Notes: a model not told the origin generated them from the letters alone. A stretch of DNA of 64,000 bases from Octopus vulgaris (GCA_951406725.2 OX597815.1:42904001-42968000), one strand, 5' to 3'. Positions 13,741 through 26,905 are shown, counted from the first letter of the stretch. Numbers and translations are program-made.

Positions 13741-15114
13741 ACTAATTATTCGTCACTTTTGCGAAAGCTAACTGCTGCTTAAAACTAGGAATGTTACCTC
13801 CTCGAAATATCAACTTGTCACATTAAATTATTTGCTCGCGAATCGACCTTTCTAACAACGCTATTTTCTTAATCATTGGGAACCGACGGTTGCTGAACTT
13901 TCTATCAACGAAAGCCAAATCCTTCTGAGTTACATCAAACCGCCAAACATAGCGTAGTGTTAGATACAGTATGACTAATAAAAGACAGTATAATCTCGAT
14001 TGGTAAGCATTTTATTTAAAGTTTTTGGCTGCAGACACATTGCAGGCTAGAGAGAAATTATGATTTGCTGAATCCTGGCTAGTTATCCGTTAAATTTAAA
14101 GCGACATGTGCTCGTTTATCTGATAATTTAAACTTGATTTCTAACTGGAAGTAAATTAAATCAAATCCATTGTGAAAATGTCTATCTGATATCATTGGCG
14201 AAAAAGTTTGTGTGGTAGACACGACTGAAGGCTTCAAGGTCTGATCAAGTTTTTCAAATTTCTCTTGAAAAAGAAAAAGGAAACTTTGTTCCCCAACAAA
14301 GTTGTCCAAAGGTTCATGAGACTGAAGAGACAGATATGGGTGAAGTTGCTTGCCTTAGTGGTCTGGGTGATCAAAGTTTTGTGGTGTTTCTACGATTAGT
14401 TCTCGGAGGTTTTACCACATTTTTAGAAGTTTTTTGTTTTTGAATTCTTGCTTTTGTTCTTTCTTTTGTTTACACTGATTTTTATGTGCCCCCACAATGG
14501 GCGTCGCGTACCTTTCTCAATCCTTTTGTCAATAGTGTGTGGTTAATGGGGAAAGCATTATTTTTACTAAGGTGACGATCTAGCAGAATCATTGAAACAT
14601 CAGACAAATTCTCGCATTATTTGTTTCTGCACGTTATGTTCTGAGTTCAAATCCTGCCGATGGTATTTTTAGATTTCATTCTTTAGGACGTCGATAAAAA
14701 TCAAGTGCCAGTCATGAACTGAGGTCAAGGGTATCAAATAATACCCACCTTTAAAAGTTCTGACTTAAAGCCAAAATTAAAATAGAAACATTCGTGTTGC
14801 AGTTGAGTTTTGAGGGAAAAGGACATATTCGGATATTGCTCCGTGGAAGAATCAGATTATTGTGCCTGTACTTCATGGAAAATCTCATTTTTGGATTACT
14901 AAGCTTTTGAATATTTTTTAAGTTTTGAGTTGGAAAATAGCACCGTTTGTCAGCAAAGCTGATTGTGCATGTTATTACTTCATTTTGTAAAAATTCAGTT
15001 GTCCTTTTTATGTTTGGATTACACATCTTCAAAACTTTTGGGCAGTTTTTTTTATTTTTCGAAGATTTTGTAAATATGAATTAAAATAAAATAATTTGAT
15101 AAATTTATTTTATA

Positions 15115-15285
15115 TTATAAGCACAAAGCCTGAAACTTTGGCGGTGAGGTTAAGACGGTTATATCAATCCTGATGCGCCACTGGTACTAATTTCATCGAC
15201 CCCAAAAGAATGAAAGGTAAAGTCGACCTTGGCGGAATTTGAACTCAAAGTGCCACCAAACATTCTACCAGTTCACCACTCTAAA
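15115..15285 (-). mobile_element. SINE family B (partial)
   Basis: atcgaccccaaaagaatgaaaggtaaagtcgaccttggcggaatttgaactc. Confidence 0.75.
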
Positions 15286-17430
15286 TAGTAACAAAATATA
15301 ACGACACATATAAAGTAATTGACATTTGCTCCGTACAACATGAACTGATGGTTTCCCAACCAACAACGAAAATAAAACATAGTGAATCTTTTGGCGATTT
15401 TGCTTGCGAAAAAGCAATTCGGAATACGTGTCAACGCTTAAAAAAATTAGTATAGTTCAGCAAGTATGTCTTGAGCTGCTTCCCTGCCTGACAATTTTAT
15501 TCAAGAAATGACAAGAACGAAAATGATATTACCTCTACCTACAAAAATGTTGGGAGGTTTTCAGTATACTCTCCAACGAGCTGTTGAAAGAAATTGTCTG
15601 ATATATAGACTATTGTGGTTTCCAGCAGCTGCGAATGGGCATATGGAGTTATATATCTGGTTATTATGACGGAGGATAAAGTAACGAAATAATCTGATTT
15701 AGTGTGCCACGCACAACTGCCAACAGTTAGAGCAAAACAGAGTCACAGCCAGAGCAATTGACAGTTATATTCTCCTTTGACTCCTCATCACTTTTGCTAC
15801 ATAGTACGGATAGGTTTGTGGGTGCCGATGTAACTAAAATCGACAAGTGATCATGGTATATGCATAAGCTTCTGGTTGCTCAGGGCAAATTAGCCCAGTT
15901 GTTAGACATGTGTCAGTAACAACCAATCAACTGTTTTATGCTCTAAAGAGGTGAAAAATCAGATGAGGGAAAAGATAGAGGAGGAAGGGGAGAGGGGAAA
16001 AGAAAGCAAGAGAGAAGGGGAAAGAGAGAGAGGAACAAACAGCAGCAGAGCCATCAACTTTAGCTGCAGCCAGAAACTGCAGATTACAAAATAGATAAAT
16101 AAATAGATAAATAAAAGAAGTAATTGTATTATGTCAGATGTGCAAGTGCAAGTGCAAGTGGAGCAGGTCTTTTTCTTAAAAAGAAAAAAACTTATTTTGA
16201 TATATTTCAGAGCATTCTATTGAAAATAAAATGTCAAATATAGACATCAAAATGTCGTCAGAAAAGTAGAAAAAGGCTAAGGGGATATGTCAGGAAATCT
16301 ATCAATCACAGTAAAATAGCTGCATATTTTCAAGAAGGTTCAACAGTAATGCACATTGAAGTGATAGGAAGTGATTATAGTTTAAGAAAAAAATATTAGC
16401 AGCTACAAATCTTTCATATTCTTACAAGCACACACAAATAATATAAGGCTGGTTGTTGAAAAACAAAACAACACTTATGCTATCCTCAAAAACTTGCTGC
16501 TCCATAACGTTTAAAACTTTGACACCTATCACTGCTATTATGTTAAACTGTCGTACGTCCAAATTTGGCCAAATGCGTTTATTTCAATATTTATTTTTGC
16601 TTGCAATAACCGGTTGTTTTGGACAAAACTATCGTATCTTTAGTTGCTTCAGATTGCTATAGAATGGTGAAACTATTTTTTCGTTTTCTGAAAAAGCAAC
16701 GTTTTGGACTTACGGCACTTTTTCATAATAGCAACGATATATATTCTGATAGAATGTATGAACATATGGAAAAATGCAAAATCTTAGGGAATGAGGTGGA
16801 GAAATATTTGGAATTACAGCAAAACTTCTGGTTAAGAAAGCAATGTCAGAAGACTTGGAGGATAAACCTAATCGTCTTTAGTAAAAGCATTTGAGAGAGT
16901 TCCATCAGCTTGATTATTGGTAGTTCTTCAAATAAATTAAGTAATTAAGTAGTTCCAGAATGAACCCTTTAACTGCTAAACTAAATTCTATTATTATTCC
17001 AGAAATGATGTTAAATATCGAACTATATATTTCGTTTCCTCATATTGCGGTACCATCCAATAGACAGGTTCGTAGAACCCTAGTTTTGTATCTCATCTCA
17101 ACTCTTCTTCAGTTTTAAAGGCAACACACTTTCATTTTCTCTCTGTCTCTTTCAATGGATAACATATCATTCTACACATCGGTGGACCCATGTTTGTAAG
17201 TTTATAGAAGTTCCTTCGGATTTTCGAGAAAGTAATTATGTCTTTCCTTGCCCCATCTGGATCAATTCTTCGAGAAAGAGAGCTTATAATATATCTCTTC
17301 TATGTTTTTATAAAATTTTATATTTTTCTGTCAGCCAACCTATGTGCAGCGATTCATTCTAATTTTCCACAGTAACAATACTGTATTTGTTTCTTTAGTT
17401 TTTAACGTGTTTGCAGTATGTCAGTTTGTA

Positions 17431-17530
17431 NNNNNNNNNNNNNNNNNNNNNNNNNNNNNNNNNNNNNNNNNNNNNNNNNNNNNNNNNNNNNNNNNNNNNN
17501 NNNNNNNNNNNNNNNNNNNNNNNNNNNNNN
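17431..17530. other. Assembly gap (100 N)
   Basis: Run of 100 n; adjacency across it is unverified. Confidence 1.
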
Positions 17531-18067
17531 ACTCACAAACAAACATATATACATACCTATTTATGTGTGTGTGTATCAGCGCACGCTCATACACACACAC
17601 CATGCGTACTTTTACTGGGGATGGGGTCTATATTATAAGCGTTATATAAAAATCTGTGTTTTATAACCTAGTCTGCGCGGCGCATTTTCTTTGTAATTAG
17701 TGAATGGTATAAGACATATATGAGACTTGTATTTTTTTTTTTAATATATATTTTGAGTTTTCCTAATTAAATTTTATTACCGCTGCACCTTTCTCTTTTA
17801 ATTCAAAATGATATCTGAATAGTTGTAGCTGGTTATTAGTGCTATAAGAGCTTTGTGACAGAGAGAGAGAAAGAGACGCAGACAAGCAGAGGTGAAAGAG
17901 ATAGAGATATAAACAAAGAATCGACAGATGAAAGAATTGGACACGGAGAAATAAAAACTTAAAGACTTCGTAGATGTGGATGTGTGCGTGCACATAAAGT
18001 AATTGCGTGTGTTTTGTCGTTTCTGAGAGCAGCTGCCTTCTCGCTGTATATTTACAGTTGAGTGTAT

Positions 18068-18212
18068 GTGTGTAAAGGTGCGTGAGTGAATAGATATATG
18101 GTTATGATATGGCTGCATTTGTGTACGTGTGCATATGTGTGTAAATGTGCGTGAGTGAATAGATATATGGTTATGATATGGCTGCATTTGTGTACGTGTG
18201 CATATGTGTGTA
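18068..18212. repeat. Tandem duplication, ~69-bp unit x2
   Basis: gtgcgtgagtgaatagatatatggttatgatatggctgcatttgtgtacgtgtgcatatgtgtgta repeated. Confidence 0.9.
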
Positions 18213-18422
18213 TGAGTGTGTATGTTGTTGCATGATTTTTGCATGAGTGTTTGTGCGATTTTTACGCATGTACGTGTGTATGTGTGTGATTGTGTGCGCG
18301 TGTATGTTGTACGTGTGTGTGTGTGAGTGTAAGCATTCAACAGCATACAGGAAGCATGTTCTGTACGTATGCTGTAAACTCGGAAACTCGGTTAAAAACA
18401 GGAGCTAGTGTTTCTGGTGACA

Positions 18423-18436
18423 GTTGCCATGGCAAT
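18423..18436. promoter_or_regulatory. Candidate RFX X-box
   Basis: GTTGCCATGGCAAT, 13/14 match to the palindromic X-box GTTGCCATGGCAAC, in non-repetitive sequence. Confidence 0.35.
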
Positions 18437-18671
18437 ACTCTTCTATTGAACCCTAATACAAAATTGTATCAAGCCTTACATCTCAACAACCAGAAATGTC
18501 AGGCAGTCTCACGTTGATTTATCATCGCTTTATTGCTTCTTTAACAAATATATTCTGTCCAATGCGTGGCTGTGCGGTTGAGAGGCTTGCTTCCTAACCT
18601 TGTGGTCAATAGCACAGGACTGACCAGAGCCTTGCGAGTAGATTTGGTAAACAGAAATTAAAAGAAGCTCG

Positions 18672-18706
<35 letters not shown>

Positions 18707-18779
18707 TAGATAGATAGATAAAACTTACTTGGAAAAGGATGCGTCGCGTTCGATCATATAATAATATAAATAATGTATA

Positions 18780-20071
18780 TGAGGGACGTTCAGTAAGTAA
18801 TGCCCCTGACCCATTTGTAGTTGTTTGATCTTGCTGAAATTCTGCATGTACAATTATTTATATCTCTATAGATTACGTGGCAAATTACAGCTCTAAACTA
18901 ATTGTGGTTTCTGATTTACAGGTGTTTGAACTGAGTCAAGTGTGAAATGGAGCCTGTTGAGTGTCGATTAATGATCCGGGTTTTGTATTTGAAAGGACGC
19001 ACACCACGGGAGACTTTTGATGAAATGAAAGTAACTTATGGTAATGATGCCCCATCATATGACCTTGTAAAACGCTGGCATCGTGAATTCAAACGTAGTT
19101 GGAACTCTGTGGAAACAGCCCCCAGATCTGGTCACCCTCCTTCTGCCATTGATGAGGCATCTGTCCGTCAAGTTGAGGCTGCCATTTTGGAAGATCGACG
19201 CATAACTATTCGCCAAATAGCCCATGAGGTCAAGATTAGTACCGGGTCTGTGGAAACTATCATTCATGACCATTTGCATATGCAAAAGGTGTCTGCCAGA
19301 TGGATTCCCATGTTGCTCACACCTTTCCAGAAGCAAGAACACGTCGAGTGCTCGAGGATGAATTTGGAGATGTGCCATGAAGATGAGTCAAAATTTTTAA
19401 AAGACTGATTACACAGGATGAAACCTGGGTCCATCACCATGATCCAGAGACCAAAGCCCAGTCAATGCAGTGGAAACACCGTGACTCACCTCCTCCAAAG
19501 AAGGCAAGGGTGCAGCCCTCCGCTGGCAAGGTCATGCTCACAGTCTTCTGGGATCAGGACGGAGTAGTGATGACAGATTTCCTGGCAAAGGGAACCACAA
19601 TTACAGGAGCCTATTATGCTTCACTTTTGATGAAATTAAGAGAAGCTATCAAAATCAAGAGGCGGGGGCAAGATCAGCAAAGGCATCCTCCTCCTGCAGG
19701 ACAACGCTCCGGTCCACAACTCGATGGTCGCCAGATCAGAAGCACAGGCGTGCGGCTATGAACTCCTCCCCCAACCCCCTTCTCTCCTGACCTTGCACCC
19801 TCGGATTTTCACCTCTTCCCACCCATGAAGTTGTTTTTGAAAGGAAAGCGTTTCCCAGATGATGCAGCCTTGATTTCTGAAGTCAGGTCGTTGTTGGAGG
19901 ACCAAGCTGGGGTCTTCTACAAAAACGGTCTCTAGAGCTGCATCAAACGATGGGAGAAATTCGTAACTCTGGGTGGTTCCTATGTAAAAGAAGACTAATA
20001 ACTGTGCCAAGTGTCGTTGCTCTACTGCTATGGGAAGTGGGTCAGGGGCATTACTTATTGAATGCCCCTCG
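18780..20071 (+). mobile_element. mariner (DD34D) transposon, full length, with TIRs and TA TSD
   Basis: Imperfect ~34-bp TIRs (gagggacgttcagtaagtaatgcccctgaccca / tgggtcaggggcattacttattgaatgcccctcg), TA on both sides. Confidence 0.95.
18947..19998 (+). pseudogene. mariner transposase, frameshifted (irritans-like)
   Basis: WIPMLL, ITQDETWVHH, LLQDNAP and SPDLAPSDFHLF motifs across two frameshifts (~19400, ~19668). Confidence 0.9.
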
Positions 20072-20129
20072 TAAATACATGCATACATATATGTACATAG
20101 CTACATATATATGCATATATACACGTATA

Positions 20130-20310
20130 TATGGGTACAGGACATAAAAAAGACGAACACAATGAGAAACGAAAACATAAAACAAAAACATAGAAACGAA
20201 CTCTTTTTTCGGACAACGTAAAAAAAAAAGAGAAACGAGACATACAACATAAAGAATAATCCCCTTCTTCAGTTTCAACTACTTCATGTTTCGAAGGCAA
20301 GGACAATACA
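20130..20310 (-). repeat. Unclassified interspersed repeat; second copy at ~43545-43760 (+)
   Basis: Shared ctga(a/g)gaagggga(a/t)tatt...gttttcgtttctcattgtgttc...gtacccatata. Confidence 0.7.
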
Positions 20311-20922
20311 TACATACATACATACATACATGCATGTATGCATACATACATACATACATACATACTTACATACATACATACATACATACACACATGCATA
20401 CATACATACATACATATATGGGTCATCACAATTGCTTAAGGTAAAAATGAATTCCTCGCTCTTTCGGAAACATCAATCTTCTGTATTGACCGCTTTCCAC
20501 CACGTTGATCTGTTTTTTGTATTGAATACGTATCGCCACCGTGGGCCACTGCATCGAACACTTTGAACATATACTTCAAACTATATATCAACTATACATG
20601 AACTATATATCAACTATACATGAACTCTAAGATGTCTGACTCCGTTGTGTATTATAAATGAATTTCTTGTGTTTGACGGCATGAGCTGTCTTTTTTTATA
20701 TATAACTTTTTTTTGAGAGGTAGGCCCCGAAACGGCGCGCATTCTCTCCTGATGACCCCATACACTTGCTAGCTTCCGATATACGGAGCTTTTAACTGGT
20801 AGCACTTGCATGTGCAAGTTGTTTGCAAGATATCATTTCAGGAACTGAAACATGTTATAATGTATATATAAAAATTAAAAATTGTATAATACAGCAGCAT
20901 TTTCGAACTTCATTTTTTACAA

Positions 20923-20953
<31 letters not shown>

Positions 20954-21104
20954 CCAATTAAGGACTGCACACGAAAAGTGGACAGTCAACATGCTAGATA
21001 TAGACGTCAAATCGCCATTCTCCACAAAAAGTTTATGTTCTCAGATCAAACTCAACAAAACCAAAGCAATAAACAAGTGAAAAATATACGAAATAAATAT
21101 TTAC

Positions 21105-21169
21105 CCATGTACTAAATTTAGTTTCAGCTGTTATTTTCCGCATGGAAAAGTGCAGCATCATCAGCATGG
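21105..21169 (-). ncRNA. Type I hammerhead ribozyme, copy 1
   Basis: CCATG-CTGATGA-TGCTG..TTTTCC(ATGC)GGAAAA..CAGCT-GAAA-CTAAATTTAG-TA-CATGG; GUA cleavage triplet ends at 21110. Confidence 0.8.
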
Positions 21170-21599
21170 TCCCATATAAAATGTAATTTGCTGGACTAAA
21201 TGCCAACACGACACCAAAATATCGCGTGCATGGAGTCCGGCCTATTACATTTGAAATATATATTTCAAATGCCTTTACTTTTGGCGCGATGAGACCCGAG
21301 AAAACTAGCCTGCAGCTAATAGTTAGCAGCAGTTAATTTATCGGTTAGAGAACAAATATTTATAAAATTAAATTTAGGGTAAAAATTGATATTTATCAAT
21401 TAGAACCAGTGGTCTAGCATATTAAAGAAAGAATCCGAAGATTAAAATATTTATATACCAATTAAGGACTGCACACGAAAAGTGGACAGTCAACATGCTA
21501 GTCAAATCGCCATTCTCCACAAAAAGTTTATGTTCTCAGATCAAACTCAACAAAACCAAAGCAATAAACAAGTGAAAAATATACGAAATAAATATTTAC

Positions 21600-21664
21600 C
21601 CATGTACTAAATTTAGTTTCAGCTGTTATTTTCCGCAAGGAAAAGTGCAGCATCATCAGCATGG
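21600..21664 (-). ncRNA. Type I hammerhead ribozyme, copy 2
   Basis: Same fold as copy 1; the only change is in the stem II loop (ATGC to TTGC); cleavage at 21605. Confidence 0.8.
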
Positions 21665-21681
21665 TCCCATATATATATGTA

Positions 21682-21717
<36 letters not shown>

Positions 21718-21765
21718 CTCCATCCAATGAGAGATAAATATCAATTAACATTGAAAGTATAAAGC

Positions 21766-21920
21766 TACGAGCTGCTAATAGTTTCTTGTTTTGGAGACGT
21801 GTCTTGGCAGGCTTTTTACATCACCCCTTGTGTTTCCTGTAGATTGCCTGAAGACACAAGGCGTGCTATAAAAACCTGTCTAGATACGTGTCTCCAAATC
21901 AAGAAACTTAGTAGCTCGTA
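21766..21920. repeat. Imperfect foldback (MITE-like palindrome)
   Basis: tacgagctgctaa..gtttcttg..ttggagacgtgtct..ccttgtgt is mirrored by acacaagg..acgtgtctccaa..caagaaac.tagtagctcgta. Confidence 0.75.
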
Positions 21921-21984
21921 TTTTTTTACTGTGTACATTAGATTATATGTGTGTGTATGTATAGGCACATATATCTACATATTC

Positions 21985-22126
21985 TTTTTACTCTCTTTTA
22001 TTCTCTTGTTTCAGTCATTTGACTGCGGCCATGTTGGAGCACCGCCTTTAGTCAAACAAATCGACCCTAGGACTTATTCTTTGTAAGCCTAGTACTTATT
22101 CCTGGACACACACACACGCACACACG

Positions 22127-22188
<62 letters not shown>

Positions 22189-22350
22189 ATAAGATGGGCT
22201 TCTTTCAGTTTACATCTACCAAATTCACTCGCAAGGCTTTGGTTGGGCCGAGGTCATAGTAGAAGACACTTGCCGAAAGTGCCACGCAGTGGGACTGAAC
22301 CCGGAACCATGTGGTTGGGAAGCAAGCTTCTTACCACACAGCCACTCCTG
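21985..22350 (-). mobile_element. SINE family A (internally deleted)
   Basis: Tail and head match family A; the middle is replaced by (CA)n. Confidence 0.85.
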
Positions 22351-23799
22351 TATTTAGAAAGATAAAGTAATACATGCATACAAATATATGTATGTGTGTG
22401 CAAAATGTATTTAGAATATTAGAATATCTAATTTTATTAACTCGACAGCTGTTTCAAGAAACTCAGAGTTACATTATAATCTTAATGTTTATAATTTGCA
22501 GATGGAGTATACAAAACGTCTTGCGTATGCAACCAGTAAACAATTACACGGAAACATTACAATAAGTCCGGCTCTTTTCATCAAGAAAAAGTTGGCAAAA
22601 TGCACTTTATATAGTAGTGCCAATGATTTAGAGGTTGTAGGAAGAGAAGAGGAAGAATAATAACAAAAGGCAAGGAGGAGAAAGAGAATATATGCGACAT
22701 AGGAAGGAGGGACAGTGATTGAGAAGAAGAAATGAAAGGCGGGGAGAAGGAGGAAGATCTCCATGACATTGTGGGAATGAATAGAGGTAGAGTTGATGAA
22801 AGTGAGAGACGATGGGAGAAGGTAAAGTTAAGCTGGCTGTGGGGAAAGCAAGCGCTACTATTCGTCAAGGGAAACTCACAAATCACTTTTGACTCCGGAG
22901 ACTCAGTCGTAGATGCAGAATTCGGAGTTTACGTTCAGATTCATTTGAGCATTGCTACTTGTTTTTTAAACTGAGCATATCAAGCTTTCATCTATTACCT
23001 GTATATACGTGTATGTATGTATGTGCGTGTATTTGTGTGTGTCTGTTTGTTTTCGTGTTTATATTTGTCAACCACCACCGCTTGACAATCGGCATTGTTT
23101 TGTTTATGTCCCCCGCAATGTAGCGGTTCGGCAAAGATGGCCGATAGAATAAATACCAGGCTTAAAAAATTAGTGCTGGGGTCAATTTGTTTGACTGAAC
23201 TCTTTAAGGCAGTGCTACAGTCCAATAACTGAAACTAGTCAAAGATAATATCACGATGACCTGATATTACTTTAACTCAAGTATCTGTGAATGTTTTATT
23301 GTTTAGATATACGAAATGTAGGAAAATGTTAGCATATTGGCTGGCGAATGAAGCTATTTTCAGATTCAACGAATAATTTCGCTCGTCTATTAATTACGAT
23401 GTTCCCTTAACAATAAATACCACAATAGTTGTGGGGGATCAGATTTCTGGGCTTTTTTGGGGTTTTTTTTTAAGAAAATATATTCGATGCGACTCTGTTT
23501 TTGTTTTGTGATATCTAATGGATATTACAAATATATTTAATGGAAACAAATGAATGTAATCCTCTTGATTTCAAACTAATTTGTTAATGAACGAAACTCT
23601 CTGTCCTTGAGGCACTCTGTTAATAAAAAATAAATATACACTCACGTTTTGAGTTCTATTTTCCTGCTTGCATCACCATACCCATCGAAACATGTATAAA
23701 TGTTGAAATAACGGTCCTGTATACTTTACAATTTCTTAAACTCCGTATCTAAGAATCCACTCATCGCTCTGCAGCAACATTTATTCCGAGGTATGGAAG

Positions 23800-24810
23800 C
23801 ATTGTAATACCATGTTGATGCGTAGCGGGGAAGCATTTGTACTATGTCTGAGATATCTGTTCAAACATGTTTGGAAAAGGAAGCTCTGCCAGATAAATTA
23901 AAGACATAAAATGGTGGTCCCACTACCCAAAACAGGTAATCTGATGGACTGTAACTCTCCTGATCAAACTGTTATCCGTGCCTAGCAAAGTTCACTGCAA
24001 TGTCCTGCTGAATAGTTCAAAGAAGGAGATAGACCCTGTGCTATGAGGAGAGCAGGCAGATTTTCGGAGACAGGTCCTGAGTGGAACTGAACGTTGTTTT
24101 GCAGAATATAATCGAGCAAAGCACAGAACATAGAGTACAGTTGCTTATTAATTTCATCGACTCTAACAAAGCATTCGATAGTATTCACGGAGATAAACTC
24201 TAGAATATCTTGGGTGTCTATGGAGTCCCGAGTAGATGTATGAAGTCTCTGTATAGAATTCGGAGGGCTGCGGGAAGACGAACAGCGGAACTATCAATAT
24301 ACCCGAAATTGTGTCCAGAGTAAAACAGGATTGCATCTTGTCGCTGTCTCTCCTGATAGAGTTTGACTTCATCATGCGGAAAGCGATGGATAGTACCAGT
24401 TTGGGGATAACGTCGGGACTGTGCAAACTGGCGGATTTGAATTTCGTAGACGACTTGGCATAACTAAGCGTCGACAGAGATACGCTGTAGGCCATGACAG
24501 CCTATACATTTTTGGGGCGATAAGAGGTCTGTGGATTAGCACTGAAAAGACCATAGCCGTAGCAGTTGGTGGAGCCCAAGCGAAACTTGTCAATCTAGGA
24601 CAAGACGAAATCATTGCGGCGATGACTTTACCTACCTTGGGAACTATATTTCATATGAGGATGATGCAGAAGCTGAAGTCTAGACCAAAATAGGTAAAAA
24701 GATAGTAATATTCAATCTCCGACCAGTATAGAGACTGAAAACTATCAGTAAGAAGATAAAACAGCAGATATATTTATCTACTGTTATACCAACAGACAAC
24801 TACGCCTGTA
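23800..24810 (+). pseudogene. RTE-like LINE reverse transcriptase remnant
   Basis: Degenerate KAFDSIH, VKQDCILSL (GVRQGCILSP) and LNFVDDLA (FADD) motifs in the correct order. Confidence 0.7.
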
Positions 24811-25009
24811 AGATTTTCTTTTTTTTTTTATTTATAAATCTAGCACGTCAAAGTATTGGTGGAGGGGGTGCGATTCTTGTTGTTGTTAGTATTACTAAAG
24901 TGACGAGATGGCAGAATCGAGCTGACAAATGTGTAGCGGTGTTTCTTCCAGCTTTACGTCTTTAGTTCAAATGACACTGAGTCGACTTTCGCCTTCATCT
25001 TTTCGGAGA

Positions 25010-26630
25010 TGTTTTTCTTCTTTCTTCAATTTTGTTTCTTGCCAAGTGTCTTCTCGACAAGTAGGGCAAAGAAACTCAGTGTATAGATTGATAGGTTATT
25101 AAAATATGAAAGGTAATAGTTCCCACATCGACAATGCTCTTTTCAATATTCGTGACGTACCAGTTAAAACAATCTTTTGTCCTTCTTGCAGAGATAGTAA
25201 ACGAGGGATCATTCTCAAATAATTTTCAGTTTAATAATACCTAGTGATCCTACAATTGTAATCCTATTGTAATCGCCTTGAGATGTCACATATTTATTTG
25301 AATTCAAAGAGCAAATCTTTATATTTTCTGAGCTTTTCAATCTTTTTTTTTTTTTTGCCGCAATGCTATGATCACTAGGTATACTGATGTTGATCAATAA
25401 ACAGACCTCATTATTTTGGCCTTTTAAAAACAATATCAGCATTGATGGTTTTATCCCCAAAAATAGTTACATTTTCTCGTTCAGTTACATCCTCAGGGTT
25501 CAGTTTTAATTTTATAATGCCGACATAATAACAAGTGTAGTTACTGGCCAACTCTGCCTTGTCTTCATTTATGCTCTTCTGGTTCTAAAACTTTAAATCC
25601 AGAGATTAAGTGATCCACTGTTTTGATCCCTTCATTGCAGAAACGGCAGTTTGGATATATTCCATTTTTCATCACATTGACTTGGTAGTACCGAGTCAAT
25701 AAGCTTTGATCTTGAGCAACTATGATGAAGCCTTCTCTTTCTGCCTTTAGCCCTGAGCATCGTAGCCACTGATGGGTGTGCTTCTAATCGATGTCAGCTA
25801 GTTTGTTACGGATCGCAAATTACCATACAGAGGTTTCTGCTCCCACTTACCTGCCACTTGTTCTGGTGCTTTTTACTTTGTCATTAATTTTACTGTCTTT
25901 GTAACAACAGTTTCCTCATTTCCCTCTGGTTTCAGCTTGGGCATTATTCATGAAATCAATTGAAAATGTTTTTGCTCTCATTCAAGATAGAATAAAGCTT
26001 CTTATACCTCTCGTGATTTTCAGCGAGGTTTAGCATCCACTTCTTCGTTGTTTCAAGGTACTTGACCAGTCCCATTGTGGTGGTTTAGTAAGACATTTCA
26101 AATTGGATCCAACCTCGACCTCCTTATGCTCAGGGAAGGTAAAAATGATCCACGTTTATCTTAGGGTTGTACATCTTATTTACAAATTAGCAGATTACGA
26201 ATTTTTCTATCAATTTTCTTAATTTCCCTGATATTACAGTTCAACAAATCGAAGCCAAAAGCAACAATTGGAAATGCTAAGGAATTTATGGTTAACACCT
26301 TGTTATGGGCAACTCGTTCAGATTTCTATAACATTTCATCCTGACTTTGTCTGTTGAATGCCAGTGTTTTCATTTATTCCTAGCTATTTATAGGTTTGTT
26401 CCGACTCAAGTTCTTTTATAATTGTTTCAACAGCTAAAACGACTGAATTTAAATTTATCAATTTCCCTTATTTGAAAGTGGCTTTGTCACATTTATGAAG
26501 ACCAAACTCCTTCCCGGTATCATCACATAATGCTTATGCAGTACGTAATAGGCCTTCAAGATTATCATTGTCTTTGCCATACAGTCTTTTCTTATTATCA
26601 ATTTTTTAATCATACTCTGGTCTGTTAAGT
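25010..26630 (-). pseudogene. R4/Dong-like RLE LINE, 3' ~1.6 kb, decayed
   Basis: Minus-strand GLKAEREGFIIVAQDQSL, CRFC...DHLISG zinc knuckle, CLLINISIPSD, IVGSLG; its 3' UTR is also present at ~60720-60795. Confidence 0.75.
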
Positions 26631-26856
26631 TCTCTCTTTTACTCTCTTTTACTTGTTTCAGTCATTTGACTGGGGCCATGCAGGAGCACCACCTTTAGTC
26701 AAGCAAATCGACCCCAGGACTTATTCTTTGTAAGTCTAGTACTTATTCTATCGCTAAGTTACGGGGACGTAAACACACCTACATCGGTTGTCAAGCGATG
26801 TTGGGGCGGACAAACACAGACACACAAACACACACACACACATACACACACATACA

Positions 26857-26905
<49 letters not shown>

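Larger units (their letters stand above)
20951..21672 (-). mobile_element. Non-coding element with two ~220-bp direct repeats, each holding a hammerhead (retrozyme/PLE-derived)
   Basis: Repeats 20951-21177 and 21455-21672 are near identical (one 9-bp indel, one substitution), with a ~277-bp spacer; flanked by (TA)n. Confidence 0.8.

Noticed and set aside
14000-17330. Possible coding or TE remnants in unique-looking sequence (also 36460-36940 and 50040-51000)
   Set aside because: No recognisable motif or sustained ORF; needs a homology search
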